A stretch of DNA of 64,000 bases. Source: Candidatus Micrarchaeota archaeon (GTDB lineage: Archaea; Micrarchaeota; Micrarchaeia; Anstonellales; Bilamarchaeaceae). The notes beneath the pieces were generated by a model. The model did not search any database. It was not told the DNA's origin and saw only the letters and a list, made by a program, of their open reading frames with translations. Below are positions 19,851 to 28,543 of the stretch, piece by piece; position 1 is the first letter of the stretch; the number at the start of each line of letters is the position of its first letter. The DNA is taken from contig JBDRCX010000006.1 in assembly GCA_043821365.1 (NCBI GenBank), positions 192,001 through 256,000 on the forward strand. Reading direction: 5' to 3'. The position numbers and the translations under genes were made by a program.

Positions 19851-20540
19851 ATGGAAAAAATAAAAATGGAAATTGCTGGTGAGATATCCCTTTCAGAAGA
19901 CTCGGGAGCAACAATGAGAAAATGGAGGGAAATATTTAGTATTTCACAGGTAGAGCTAGCAAAACATTTAGACATAACAGTATCCACAATTAGTGATTAT
20001 GAAGGAAACAGAAGGAAGTCCCCTGGAACTGGAGTCATAAAAAGATTTGTAAATGCACTTTTTGACATTGATAAAATAAAGGGAGGGGGAATTGCACAAA
20101 AATTCAGAGAAAAAGAAAAACCAGTTAGTGAATATTTTGAAGTGCATGAATTCGCACGTTCAATATCCTTGAAGGATTTTGTTAACTTAATAGATGGGAA
20201 GGTTCTGACGAATGATGATCTTGTTGAAGCAAAAAAGATATACGGTTACACATTGATAGACAGCATCAAAGTGATATTAGATATGCCATTTTCATATTTC
20301 CAAAATCTCTATGGAAATGTAAACGAACGGGTGTTTATTTTCACCGGAATTAGCACAGGTAGAAGTCCTTTTGTTGTTGTGAGGGTGAGTTCATCCAAAC
20401 CATCAGCAGTGGTACTGCACAACATTGATCCAACCAAGGTCGATAAACTTGCAATTAAAATTTCAGAAAGAGAAAGAATACCTATGATTGCAACTAACAC
20501 GAGTATAGAAAAGATTAAAGATGCACTGAACAGACTTTGA
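19851..20540 (+). CDS. Archaeal XRE-HTH + DRTGG-like transcriptional regulator (COG1709-like)
   Basis: MRKWREIFSISQVELAKHLDITVSTISDYEGNRRKSPG; C-terminal GRSPFVVVRV and IERERIP-type motifs. Confidence 0.85.
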   Translation: MEKIKMEIAGEISLSEDSGATMRKWREIFSISQVELAKHLDITVSTISDYEGNRRKSPGTGVIKRFVNALFDIDKIKGGGIAQKFREKEKPVSEYFEVHEFARSISLKDFVNLIDGKVLTNDDLVEAKKIYGYTLIDSIKVILDMPFSYFQNLYGNVNERVFIFTGISTGRSPFVVVRVSSSKPSAVVLHNIDPTKVDKLAIKISERERIPMIATNTSIEKIKDALNRL

Positions 20541-20604
20541 TTTTTCTCTATTTTTTACGTCGTATTGTTATAAATTTAAAAAACATTCCAAAGTAATATT
20601 TCCT

Positions 20605-22212
20605 ATGCTAGAGAAAACAACTAAGTTTATAGTAATTGCTGGCTCGATAATGTCTGGGCTTGGAAAAGGAATAGTAACTTCTTCTATCGCAAAATTATTG
20701 GCTTCTAGAGGATTCAAAGTAGTACCAATAAAATTTGATGGATATTTGAATGTTGATTGTGGTACCATGAATCCATTCAGGCATGGTGAAGTGTTTGTTT
20801 TAGATGATGGTACGGAAGTTGATATGGATTTTGGTACCTATGAACGATTTTTGAATAAATCACTGCCAGGAATGTGTTCCATAACTGGTGGGAAGTTATT
20901 TCAGAGAATTATCGAAAAGGAAAGAAAAGGGGAATATTTAGGAAGAGATGTTCAGTTTGTACCCCACCTAACCAACGAAATAAAAAATTGGGTAGAAAAT
21001 GTTGGTAAAGAGAATGATGCTGACGTTGTATTAGTGGAAGTGGGGGGTACTGTTGGGGATATGGAAAACAGTTATTTTATAGAAGCTATGAGGCAGCTTT
21101 ATTTTGAAAGAGACAATATGGTTTTTATTCAACTGACCTATGTTCCAAGCCTTAGTCCTGGTGAACCAAAAACAAAACCAACACAACAAGCAACAAGATT
21201 ACTTCAAAGCTTAGGAATACAACCTGGAATGATATTGACAAGAGAACAGGAAAAACTTTCTGATGAATCACGGAAGAAAATAAGCCTATATTGTAATGTT
21301 CCTGAAGATGCTGTATTTGACGATCCAATGGTAAGTACTGTTTATGAACTTCCACTTTTGTTGGAAAAACAAAAATTTTACAAGCAACTTGCAAAGCAAC
21401 TTGGACTTGATGAAAATAAAGAAGCAGATCTTAAGGAATGGCAAAGAAAAGTTAGCCATATTATTGAACCTCGTGGAAAAGCATTGAAAATCGCAATAAT
21501 TGGAAAGTATACTGCAGTGAAAGATGCATATATTAGTGTGAAGGAAGCCCTTGTGCATGCAGGTGCTGCCGTAAATAGTAATCTGGAAATTGGATGGGTT
21601 GAAGCAAATGAATTAGAAAAAAATGATCCCAGTGAATTATTGAAAAAATATGATGGAATACTTGTACCAGGTGGTTTTGGAAGCCGTGGTATTGAGGGTA
21701 AAATAAAAGCAATAAAATATGCAAGAGAAAACAAGATCCCATATCTTGGATTGTGTCTTGGATTACAATTGATGGTAGTTGAATATGCAAGAAATGTTTG
21801 CGGAATGACAGATGCAAACTCAACTGAGTTTAATAAAAAAACAAAATACCCAGTAATCGATATGCTTCCAGAACAACAACAAATTTCAAGATTAGGCGGG
21901 ACGATGAGACTTGGGGCATATGAGTGTGTTATAAACAAAGGAACTATTGCACACAATGCTTACAAAAAAGAGAATGTGAATGAACGACATAGACACAGGT
22001 ATGAAGTAAATCCAGAATATGTGAAGCAACTAACGGATAGAGGTTTGGTTGTTTCAGCAATTCATCCAAAAAATAATATTGTTGAGATGACAGAATGGAA
22101 AGAAAACTTTGGGATTGCAACACAAGCACATGTTGAATTGAAAAGTAGACTGGAAGAGCCTGCACCAATTTTCCTTGAATTTATGAAAGCAGTAAAACAG
22201 AAAGTAGAATAG
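20605..22212 (+). CDS. pyrG: CTP synthase
   Basis: SGLGKG, GTMNPFRHGEVFV, EVGGTVGD, KTKPTQ, GLCLGLQ, ERHRHRYE and QAHVE motifs. Confidence 0.97.
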   Translation: MLEKTTKFIVIAGSIMSGLGKGIVTSSIAKLLASRGFKVVPIKFDGYLNVDCGTMNPFRHGEVFVLDDGTEVDMDFGTYERFLNKSLPGMCSITGGKLFQRIIEKERKGEYLGRDVQFVPHLTNEIKNWVENVGKENDADVVLVEVGGTVGDMENSYFIEAMRQLYFERDNMVFIQLTYVPSLSPGEPKTKPTQQATRLLQSLGIQPGMILTREQEKLSDESRKKISLYCNVPEDAVFDDPMVSTVYELPLLLEKQKFYKQLAKQLGLDENKEADLKEWQRKVSHIIEPRGKALKIAIIGKYTAVKDAYISVKEALVHAGAAVNSNLEIGWVEANELEKNDPSELLKKYDGILVPGGFGSRGIEGKIKAIKYARENKIPYLGLCLGLQLMVVEYARNVCGMTDANSTEFNKKTKYPVIDMLPEQQQISRLGGTMRLGAYECVINKGTIAHNAYKKENVNERHRHRYEVNPEYVKQLTDRGLVVSAIHPKNNIVEMTEWKENFGIATQAHVELKSRLEEPAPIFLEFMKAVKQKVE

Positions 22213-22221
22213 AAAAAGATT

Positions 22222-22491
22222 TGGGCCCGCGCGGAATCGAACCGCGTGTCTCCTGCATTTTGAATCGCCAAAATAGCGACCCCGTTTTGGGCCGCCTGTT
22301 ACCACAAGGCGGAATGTCAAGCAGGCGTCTTAACCATTGTCAGTACAAGCTTCTTACAATCAAAAATAACAAGGTTAAAAAGCTTGACCAAAAACCAAAA
22401 TGATGGTTTTTAGATAACCTTTTTAGTACACCCTAAACAATCAGTTTTTGGGTGCACCTTTTTCCTAAAAAGGTGCATCGACTACGGGCCC
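22222..22491 (-). tRNA. tRNA-Val: tRNA-Val(GAC) with two BHB introns (about 15/16, 140 nt; 37/38, 57 nt)
   Basis: Exons 22491-22477, 22336-22315 and 22257-22222 join to a 73-nt cloverleaf: acceptor GGGCCCG/CGGGCCC, anticodon stem CCTGC/GCAGG with TTGACAT loop, T arm CGCGG-TTCGATT-CCGCG, discriminator A73, no encoded CCA. Confidence 0.9.
22430..22477. repeat. Double-hairpin palindromic element, copy 2 (5' end of tRNA intron 1)
   Basis: ACCC-TAAAC/GTTT-TT-GGGT, then TGCACCTTTTT-CCT-AAAAAGGTGCA. Confidence 0.65.
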
Positions 22492-22517
22492 TAGGACTAA
22501 TTCATATGCCAATAGAT

Positions 22518-22528
22518 TTTATATATTA
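22518..22528 (-). promoter_or_regulatory. TATA box of the tRNA gene
   Basis: AATATATAAAA about 27-37 nt upstream of tRNA G1. Confidence 0.55.
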
Positions 22529-22768
22529 TCCATCTGTGGAAAAAACGTATGTTTTTTCCCAAACAGCTTGTTTTTGTGTTGAAGCGATTGCTTGTTTTGC
22601 TAAATTTCTAACTGTATACGAAGGATCGTGTTCTGATATATAATTAAGAGAAAGTTTCGCCAAGTTGTTGTTTTGTACAAGTTGTTTAAGTTGCTTTATG
22701 GCTTCTTTTCTCCTCATTATGCTTTTACTAGATAATTTTTTTAGCAAATATGCAATATCATCATTCAT
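22526..22768 (-). CDS. Small HEAT/PBS-repeat protein
   Basis: LKKLSSKSIMRRKEAIKQL...HDPSYTVRNLAKQAI. Confidence 0.7.
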   Translation of the reverse strand: MNDDIAYLLKKLSSKSIMRRKEAIKQLKQLVQNNNLAKLSLNYISEHDPSYTVRNLAKQAIASTQKQAVWEKTYVFSTDG

Positions 22769-24899
22769 GTTTACCCCCCTTAAACCAAGACCTTAATCTG
22801 GTCCACCTATCTACAAGAAAATCATGAATTGTTCCGACAAGATACGGTTCATACAGAACAGTTTGTTGTTTTGATTCTGTAGGTACAAGTGTTGTTTCAA
22901 CCTGACTTTGAGTGTATTCAACTGGTCTATGAGAAAGGAATGTGATCAGATAATCTGATAGATACCCTCTTTCCAGATCTAATCTTGGTCCTTGTAATGT
23001 TAGTTGTATACCTTCTCTGCTGTGAAGTATTTGTGCTGCTTCGATAATTCTATCTGAAGTATCTGGAACTAAATTATCAAATCTTGCCTGTCTTTCTGCA
23101 TCTGCGTGTATTTTTGCTTCGGCAGCTTTACGACGTTCTGGTTTCATCTGTTCAAGATCGTCAATAAGTGGTGGAACCAACATCCTATTTCTCTTAATTC
23201 TTTGAATTGCTACTGCTGCAATGGCATCTAATCTTGATAATGTATCATCAGAATATTGTCCATATGTTTGGCCTATGCAAACAATCCGATTCAGTTGAAC
23301 TAATTGATCGATAGTAAGTTCGTCAAAGTTTTGGAAGCGTTCGAGTACATGCGTTCTGAGTTCTCCAAGTTGTTCGCGCAACGCAGTTTGAGTTCTTTCG
23401 TCATTTGTTTTTTTAGCTTCTGTAAATGCCTCACGAATTCCTTCTCTAAATTCGCATATTTCATCAAAAGACATATTTTGTAATTGTTTTTGTTCAGCTA
23501 CTGGTGCGCCACCAGTTGTTCTTATGTCAAGTTGGAACCCTGGAATTTGGATTCCTGCCATGTTATATTCAATAAGAACTGATAGTGCCTTTTGTCTTTC
23601 TTCCTGTTGTTTGATTTTTCTTAATATAACTGCGCCAATACGATCAAGTTCATTTTCTTCTTCTTGAGTAAGTGTTTTTTTATCTGCCCAAATTAATCCA
23701 GTTAATTCAGCCAAGTGATTAAGAGGTAAAATATTCAACGTATCTTCATCTGCATCGCGATATGTTTCCAGTCCAGATTGTGGCGTAACTCTGATTGGCT
23801 CAATAGCAGAACCTGGCATTTTCACCCCGATTCTAACTAACATCGCTCTTCTTTCTTGAATATCATCAGTAATTGAATCCGCAGGCTCTGCATATACTGA
23901 GAGGATTTCGCTTCCAGTTTGTTCCAATAAAGGTCTTAAATAATTAAGTTCATGTTGTTGAAAAAGTTGAATCAGGTGTCTTGCAGCTATAAATTGTCTA
24001 TCATCCGCCAGATCCAGCTGTGCCCGTAATGAGTGTATTGTATGGAGTGATGTTGCTGTGGATGCAAGCTCTGGAGTTTGCGCTCCGATATCACGTGCAA
24101 TTGCATAGAAATAAGGAGGAAGTGATTCTGCATAAGTAAGAATTTCAAGAGTTGTTCTTACGATTTCAATATCTTCATCAAAAAGCATTCTTTGGAAAAA
24201 ATCAAACTTTTTTTCATATGGTGATTGAAGAATATCCATCCCAACAACAGACAAATGTTGTCTAAGATCTGCCCATGGGTGTTCTTCCCAACTAAGTCCT
24301 TCCCTCATTGGCTCTTCGAGCATTAGTTTTATGACAACAGATTGGCAAGCTTCATCATTACCAAGTAAAAATTCATCCCAAAAATTAAGATTACCATAAC
24401 AAAGTTCCCACAGTGCATTCAAACTAGCAACCTTAGCAGCAGATTTAGAGGGATCATCAGAACGATAGTGGCTTGACACGTCAGCCAAACTTCTTAGTTT
24501 GGCAACAACATCATCCAAATGAGTAGTTATTTTATCTCCCCTTTCATCAACTGGTAAATATGCTGCTGCTTCTGCAAAGAATGTAGCAATAACAGTAAGT
24601 TTTCTTGTTTGTTCTGCTGAATCAAATAGATATGACGGGATGCTGCGAAGATCTTTGGCTAATTCTCTCATTGTTTTGTGTTTACCAGCTTCAGTTAGCC
24701 CAGCAAATAGTTCCATTCCTTCTCTAAATACACTACCTGAATCCTCACCAGGATGGCGAATTGGATAACGTATCATATCTTCTATGTGCGATATTCTTTT
24801 GCTCTCTTTAAGATAATTTCTGAAGCTACCACATTGGGCTTTGTGTTCACGAAATGTTGGTCTTGATAATTGAGGCTGAGGATTGATGAATATCACCAA
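22761..24899 (-). CDS. Large alpha-helical orphan protein
   Basis: 712-aa ORF overlapping the HEAT gene; no recognisable catalytic motif. Confidence 0.75.
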   Translation of the reverse strand: MVIFINPQPQLSRPTFREHKAQCGSFRNYLKESKRISHIEDMIRYPIRHPGEDSGSVFREGMELFAGLTEAGKHKTMRELAKDLRSIPSYLFDSAEQTRKLTVIATFFAEAAAYLPVDERGDKITTHLDDVVAKLRSLADVSSHYRSDDPSKSAAKVASLNALWELCYGNLNFWDEFLLGNDEACQSVVIKLMLEEPMREGLSWEEHPWADLRQHLSVVGMDILQSPYEKKFDFFQRMLFDEDIEIVRTTLEILTYAESLPPYFYAIARDIGAQTPELASTATSLHTIHSLRAQLDLADDRQFIAARHLIQLFQQHELNYLRPLLEQTGSEILSVYAEPADSITDDIQERRAMLVRIGVKMPGSAIEPIRVTPQSGLETYRDADEDTLNILPLNHLAELTGLIWADKKTLTQEEENELDRIGAVILRKIKQQEERQKALSVLIEYNMAGIQIPGFQLDIRTTGGAPVAEQKQLQNMSFDEICEFREGIREAFTEAKKTNDERTQTALREQLGELRTHVLERFQNFDELTIDQLVQLNRIVCIGQTYGQYSDDTLSRLDAIAAVAIQRIKRNRMLVPPLIDDLEQMKPERRKAAEAKIHADAERQARFDNLVPDTSDRIIEAAQILHSREGIQLTLQGPRLDLERGYLSDYLITFLSHRPVEYTQSQVETTLVPTESKQQTVLYEPYLVGTIHDFLVDRWTRLRSWFKGGKHE

Positions 24900-25023
24900 T
24901 CTAATTTATGCCAGAAAGTGTTTATAAATGTGTATGTTTATGGTAAAACGAGGTTATAATCTTTTAAAGAAAGGAATTTGAATGCTATTAGACCAATACC
25001 TATCACAACTTCTAGGTGTTCAT

Positions 25024-26769
25024 ATGAAATTCAAACGTTCACCCATAATCTGTATTTTGGGTCATGTTGATCATGGCAAAACAACACTCCTAGACAGTAT
25101 CAGAGGGACCACAGTAGCAAAAAAAGAAGCAGGCGGGATAACACAGATGATAGGGGCAAGCTATGTATCAAAAAAAGACATCGACAATTTAGCAAAAGAC
25201 CTTGCAGAAAAAATGAGGGTAAACCTGGGAATACCTGGATTGTTATTCATTGATACGCCTGGCCATGAAGCTTTCACAAATTTAAGAGATAGGGGAGGAA
25301 GTTTAGCAGATCTTGTAATCTTGATTGTAGACGTAAATAGTGGTTTTCAACCACAAACAATTGAGAGCGTAAAAATACTCAAACAGTATAAAACTCCTTT
25401 TGTAATAGCAGCAAATAAGATTGATGCCATAAATGGATGGAAAACAGCAAAAACAACATCAATTATGGAAGCGATTTCAAAACAACCAGAACATATTCAA
25501 GCTCGTTTAGACGAAAAATTATATGGAATTATGGGGAAAATATCTGAATATGGTTTTGATAGTGAACGATTTGACCGTGTTAATGATTTCACCAAACAAA
25601 TTGCCATAATACCAATAAGCGCCAGGACAATGGAGGGACTGAGTGAGCTTCTTGTTTTGATTGGGGGGTTAAGTCAAAAATTCCTTGGGCAGGAACTGGA
25701 AATTGAAGATACTGGACGAGGAAAAGGTAGTATTGTAGAAGTGAAGGATGAAAAAGGACTTGGAACTACTCTTGACGTTATAATCTATGATGGAATTGTA
25801 AGAAAAAATGATGAGATACTTTTTATGAGTACAAATGGAATTGCAAAAACAAAAATACGTGGACTATTAGAACCAAATCTTGGAGGAAAAGAAAAATTTG
25901 TATTTGTTAATGAAGTTGTTGCAGCAGCAGGGGTAAAAATATATGCGCCAGGATTTGAAAATGCCATACCCGGCTCCCCAATAGAAGTTATCCAGGATTT
26001 TGAAAATGATCGTAAAACCATAGAGGCACAATTCAAGAGTGTTATTTTCCAGAAAAATAATGAAAGTGGAGTTATTTTGAGGGCTGACAGCCTAGGTTCT
26101 GTAGAAGCACTTTTAAGACTGCTCAAGGATGCTGAGATAGAAGTTTCAGATGCAGCAGTTGGTAATATAACCAGAAAAGATGTGCTCGCAGCCTCTGCTG
26201 TGGCTCAGAACGACCAATTTCTGGGTGTTGTTCTTGGATTTAATGTGAAAGTGTTGGATGAAGCACGAGAGGAAGGGAATAAATCAGAGATACCAATAAT
26301 TTATAGTGATATTATCTATCGTTTGATAGACCAGTACAAAGAATGGGTAAAAGAAGAAAAAGAAAAAATAAAGAAAAATGCACTTCAGAAAAATGTTTGG
26401 CCAGGAAAAATAAAGATATTAGATGGGCATATATTCCGTGCATCAAAACCAGCAATATTTGGTGTTGAAGTTCTTGCAGGTAGAATAAGAAAGAACTATC
26501 GCCTCATGAATAAACGTGGCGATGTTGTTGGGGAAATAAGAGAGATACAAAAAGAAAAAGAGAAGGTTGAGGAAGCGGGAGTAGGAGACCAACTTGCAAT
26601 ATCCTGTGATGGCATACATGTTGGAAAGAACGTAGAACCAACAGAACTTCTCTATAGCTATATGAACGAGGATGAAATAAAAAAATGGGACGAACAAATT
26701 TCAATGCTCAATGAACATGAAAAAATTGTTTTTGAAGAAATGAAAAAGATTTTGAGGAAATACTTCTAA
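25024..26769 (+). CDS. infB: Translation initiation factor aIF5B/IF-2
   Basis: GHVDHGKTT, GGITQMIGA, DTPGHEAF and NKID motifs; SD AGGTG before ATG 25024. Confidence 0.97.
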   Translation: MKFKRSPIICILGHVDHGKTTLLDSIRGTTVAKKEAGGITQMIGASYVSKKDIDNLAKDLAEKMRVNLGIPGLLFIDTPGHEAFTNLRDRGGSLADLVILIVDVNSGFQPQTIESVKILKQYKTPFVIAANKIDAINGWKTAKTTSIMEAISKQPEHIQARLDEKLYGIMGKISEYGFDSERFDRVNDFTKQIAIIPISARTMEGLSELLVLIGGLSQKFLGQELEIEDTGRGKGSIVEVKDEKGLGTTLDVIIYDGIVRKNDEILFMSTNGIAKTKIRGLLEPNLGGKEKFVFVNEVVAAAGVKIYAPGFENAIPGSPIEVIQDFENDRKTIEAQFKSVIFQKNNESGVILRADSLGSVEALLRLLKDAEIEVSDAAVGNITRKDVLAASAVAQNDQFLGVVLGFNVKVLDEAREEGNKSEIPIIYSDIIYRLIDQYKEWVKEEKEKIKKNALQKNVWPGKIKILDGHIFRASKPAIFGVEVLAGRIRKNYRLMNKRGDVVGEIREIQKEKEKVEEAGVGDQLAISCDGIHVGKNVEPTELLYSYMNEDEIKKWDEQISMLNEHEKIVFEEMKKILRKYF

Positions 26770-26806
26770 ACGTATCTTTTTATTTATTACCACACAATAA
26801 ACATTT

Positions 26807-27343
26807 GTGAGAAACATAATTTTACCCACAGACCAAGTAATGCAACTAACTAGAGTTAGATCTGCAAAAAAGGAATTGCAACTAAGATTTATGGGACCAG
26901 AAGGACTGGCTCCAGGAGCAGATAATAGATGGACAAATGATCATAAAGAGGTTTTTGTTTCACTATCAGGAAGAGATGGGAAGAAAAAAGACCATAGAAT
27001 AGCAGTAGTTTGTGGTGTGGGACATCATGAAAAAGTAGAAGGATTGGGCATAATGGCCCACATAAAATTTGAAGATGGATGGGTTGAAATTGCAAGTATT
27101 AGCACCGGAGAAAGAGTTGGATATGTTGCCCCACCTCCAGAGGCAAGAGGCCGTGGACTTTTTGGAGTGGTATTGGCAGAGACAGTTGCATTGGCTCTGG
27201 AAAATGATGTTAGAATAGTTTCTGTTATTCCAGATAATAAAAAATTAAGATATTATTATGCAGGATATGATTTTGTGGGGTCCCAAAAAGGAGCGCTATT
27301 TTTACCAATAGATAATTTCTCCCTTGAACCTAGTTATAGCTAA
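26807..27343 (+). CDS. Divergent GNAT-fold acetyltransferase-like protein
   Basis: EARGRGLFGVVL (motif A-like) and NKKLRYYYAGYDF (motif B-like). Confidence 0.5.
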   Translation: MRNIILPTDQVMQLTRVRSAKKELQLRFMGPEGLAPGADNRWTNDHKEVFVSLSGRDGKKKDHRIAVVCGVGHHEKVEGLGIMAHIKFEDGWVEIASISTGERVGYVAPPPEARGRGLFGVVLAETVALALENDVRIVSVIPDNKKLRYYYAGYDFVGSQKGALFLPIDNFSLEPSYS

Positions 27344-27368
27344 ATAACTTTCCGATCAAACAATCATC

Positions 27369-28373
27369 ATGATTATTGGACTCACTGGTGAAAACTGTGC
27401 AGGAAAAAGCACAGTTTGTGAATACCTAAGAAAAAAAGGATTTTACTATTTATCACTTTCAGACGTGATTAGAGAGGAACTAAGCACAGATGGTGTGGAA
27501 ATTACACGCGAAACCCTCATCAAAAAAGGTAACAAAATGCGTGAGCAGTTTGGGCCTGGTATCCTAGCTAAAAAAATATTATTGAAAGTAGACAGTGATA
27601 AAAACTACGTCGTGGATTCAATAAGAAATGCCGCAGAAGTTGAAGAATTGAAAACCAGCCAGGGATTCTTTTTATTTTATATTACTGCACCAGAAGAGGT
27701 TCGATTTAGAAGAATGAAAATGCGCAAACGAGAAGGGGATCCGGTCACGTTTGATGCATTTATTAGAATAGAAGAGATTGAGAAAAAAAGTACCAATGTT
27801 GCTCATCAATCAATTATTGATGCAATAGAAAGAGCAGACAAAAAAATAGTAAATGATAGTGATCTACAACGCCTATATGATTCAATAGATTTGGCATTGG
27901 GAGAAATATCTGAAGATTTCAAATTACATCGCCCAAGTTGGGATGAATATTTTATGGGAATAGCTAAAGTCGTTGCATCAAGAAGCAATTGCATCAAAAG
28001 AAAAGTTGCTGCAGTTATTGTAAAGGATAAGAGGATAATCTCAACTGGATATAATGGCACACCAAGAGGCGTGAGAAATTGTAACGAAGGGGGGTGTCCG
28101 AGGTGTAATTCTTTTTCAGATAGTGGAAAGAATTTGGAGGAATGTTACTGTTCACATGGAGAAGAGAATGCAATTGTTCAAGCATCTTACCACGGTATTT
28201 CAATAAAAAATGCAGTTGTTTACACTACTTTTTCACCGTGTTTAATTTGCACAAAAATGATATTAAATGCGGGAATTTCCGAGGTTGTGTATAATGCAGA
28301 GTATCCACTTGGAGAAGCACCATTGAAACTTTTAAGAGAAGCAGGGGTAATTGTCAGGCAGGTTAAGATTTAA
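27369..28373 (+). CDS. P-loop nucleotide-kinase-like domain fused to dCMP deaminase
   Basis: GLTGENCAGKS Walker A; RPSWDEYF, STGYNG, HGEENA and PCLIC deaminase motifs. Confidence 0.9.
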   Translation: MIIGLTGENCAGKSTVCEYLRKKGFYYLSLSDVIREELSTDGVEITRETLIKKGNKMREQFGPGILAKKILLKVDSDKNYVVDSIRNAAEVEELKTSQGFFLFYITAPEEVRFRRMKMRKREGDPVTFDAFIRIEEIEKKSTNVAHQSIIDAIERADKKIVNDSDLQRLYDSIDLALGEISEDFKLHRPSWDEYFMGIAKVVASRSNCIKRKVAAVIVKDKRIISTGYNGTPRGVRNCNEGGCPRCNSFSDSGKNLEECYCSHGEENAIVQASYHGISIKNAVVYTTFSPCLICTKMILNAGISEVVYNAEYPLGEAPLKLLREAGVIVRQVKI

Positions 28374-28397
28374 TACTCGCTATACAAATTAGAATTG

Positions 28398-28457
28398 GCA
28401 ACGATGAAATTACCGTCCCAGGCTGATCTGTGATGAGAAGAGTAGCTTTTGAGTTGC
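28398..28457 (+). ncRNA. Box C/D guide sRNA (predicted targets 23S G2251 and U2438, E. coli numbering)
   Basis: C ACGATGA 28401-07, D' CTGA 28423-26, C' GTGATGA 28430-36, D TTGA 28449-52; terminal stem GCAAC/GTTGC. Confidence 0.8.
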
Positions 28458-28543
28458 TTTTTATTGGTTTGTGGAACCTGCGGTTTCACACTTCCCTTAG
28501 CCTTTTATTTCTTCTCGCACTAACTATTATGGGAGGTATTAGT

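Noticed and set aside
22221-22403. ORF MGPRGIEPRVS... and overlapping small ORFs
   Set aside because: These are antisense shadows of the tRNA T-arm and acceptor (GIEP-type translation), not proteins.
22337-22476. Long tRNA intron as an embedded box C/D sRNA (as in archaeal tRNA-Trp)
   Set aside because: CTGA occurs twice, but there is no convincing RUGAUGA box with 10-12-nt guide spacing.
22222-24899. tRNA as the integration site of an island
   Set aside because: No integrase and no duplicated tRNA 3' end; the orphan genes lie on the 5' side of the tRNA.
28430-28543. N-terminal extension of PCNA in the ORF track (likewise at 36084, 55302, 19987, 36154 and 15251)
   Set aside because: The extensions overlap sRNAs, promoters or neighbouring genes; downstream ATGs, most with SD motifs, match the family N-termini.
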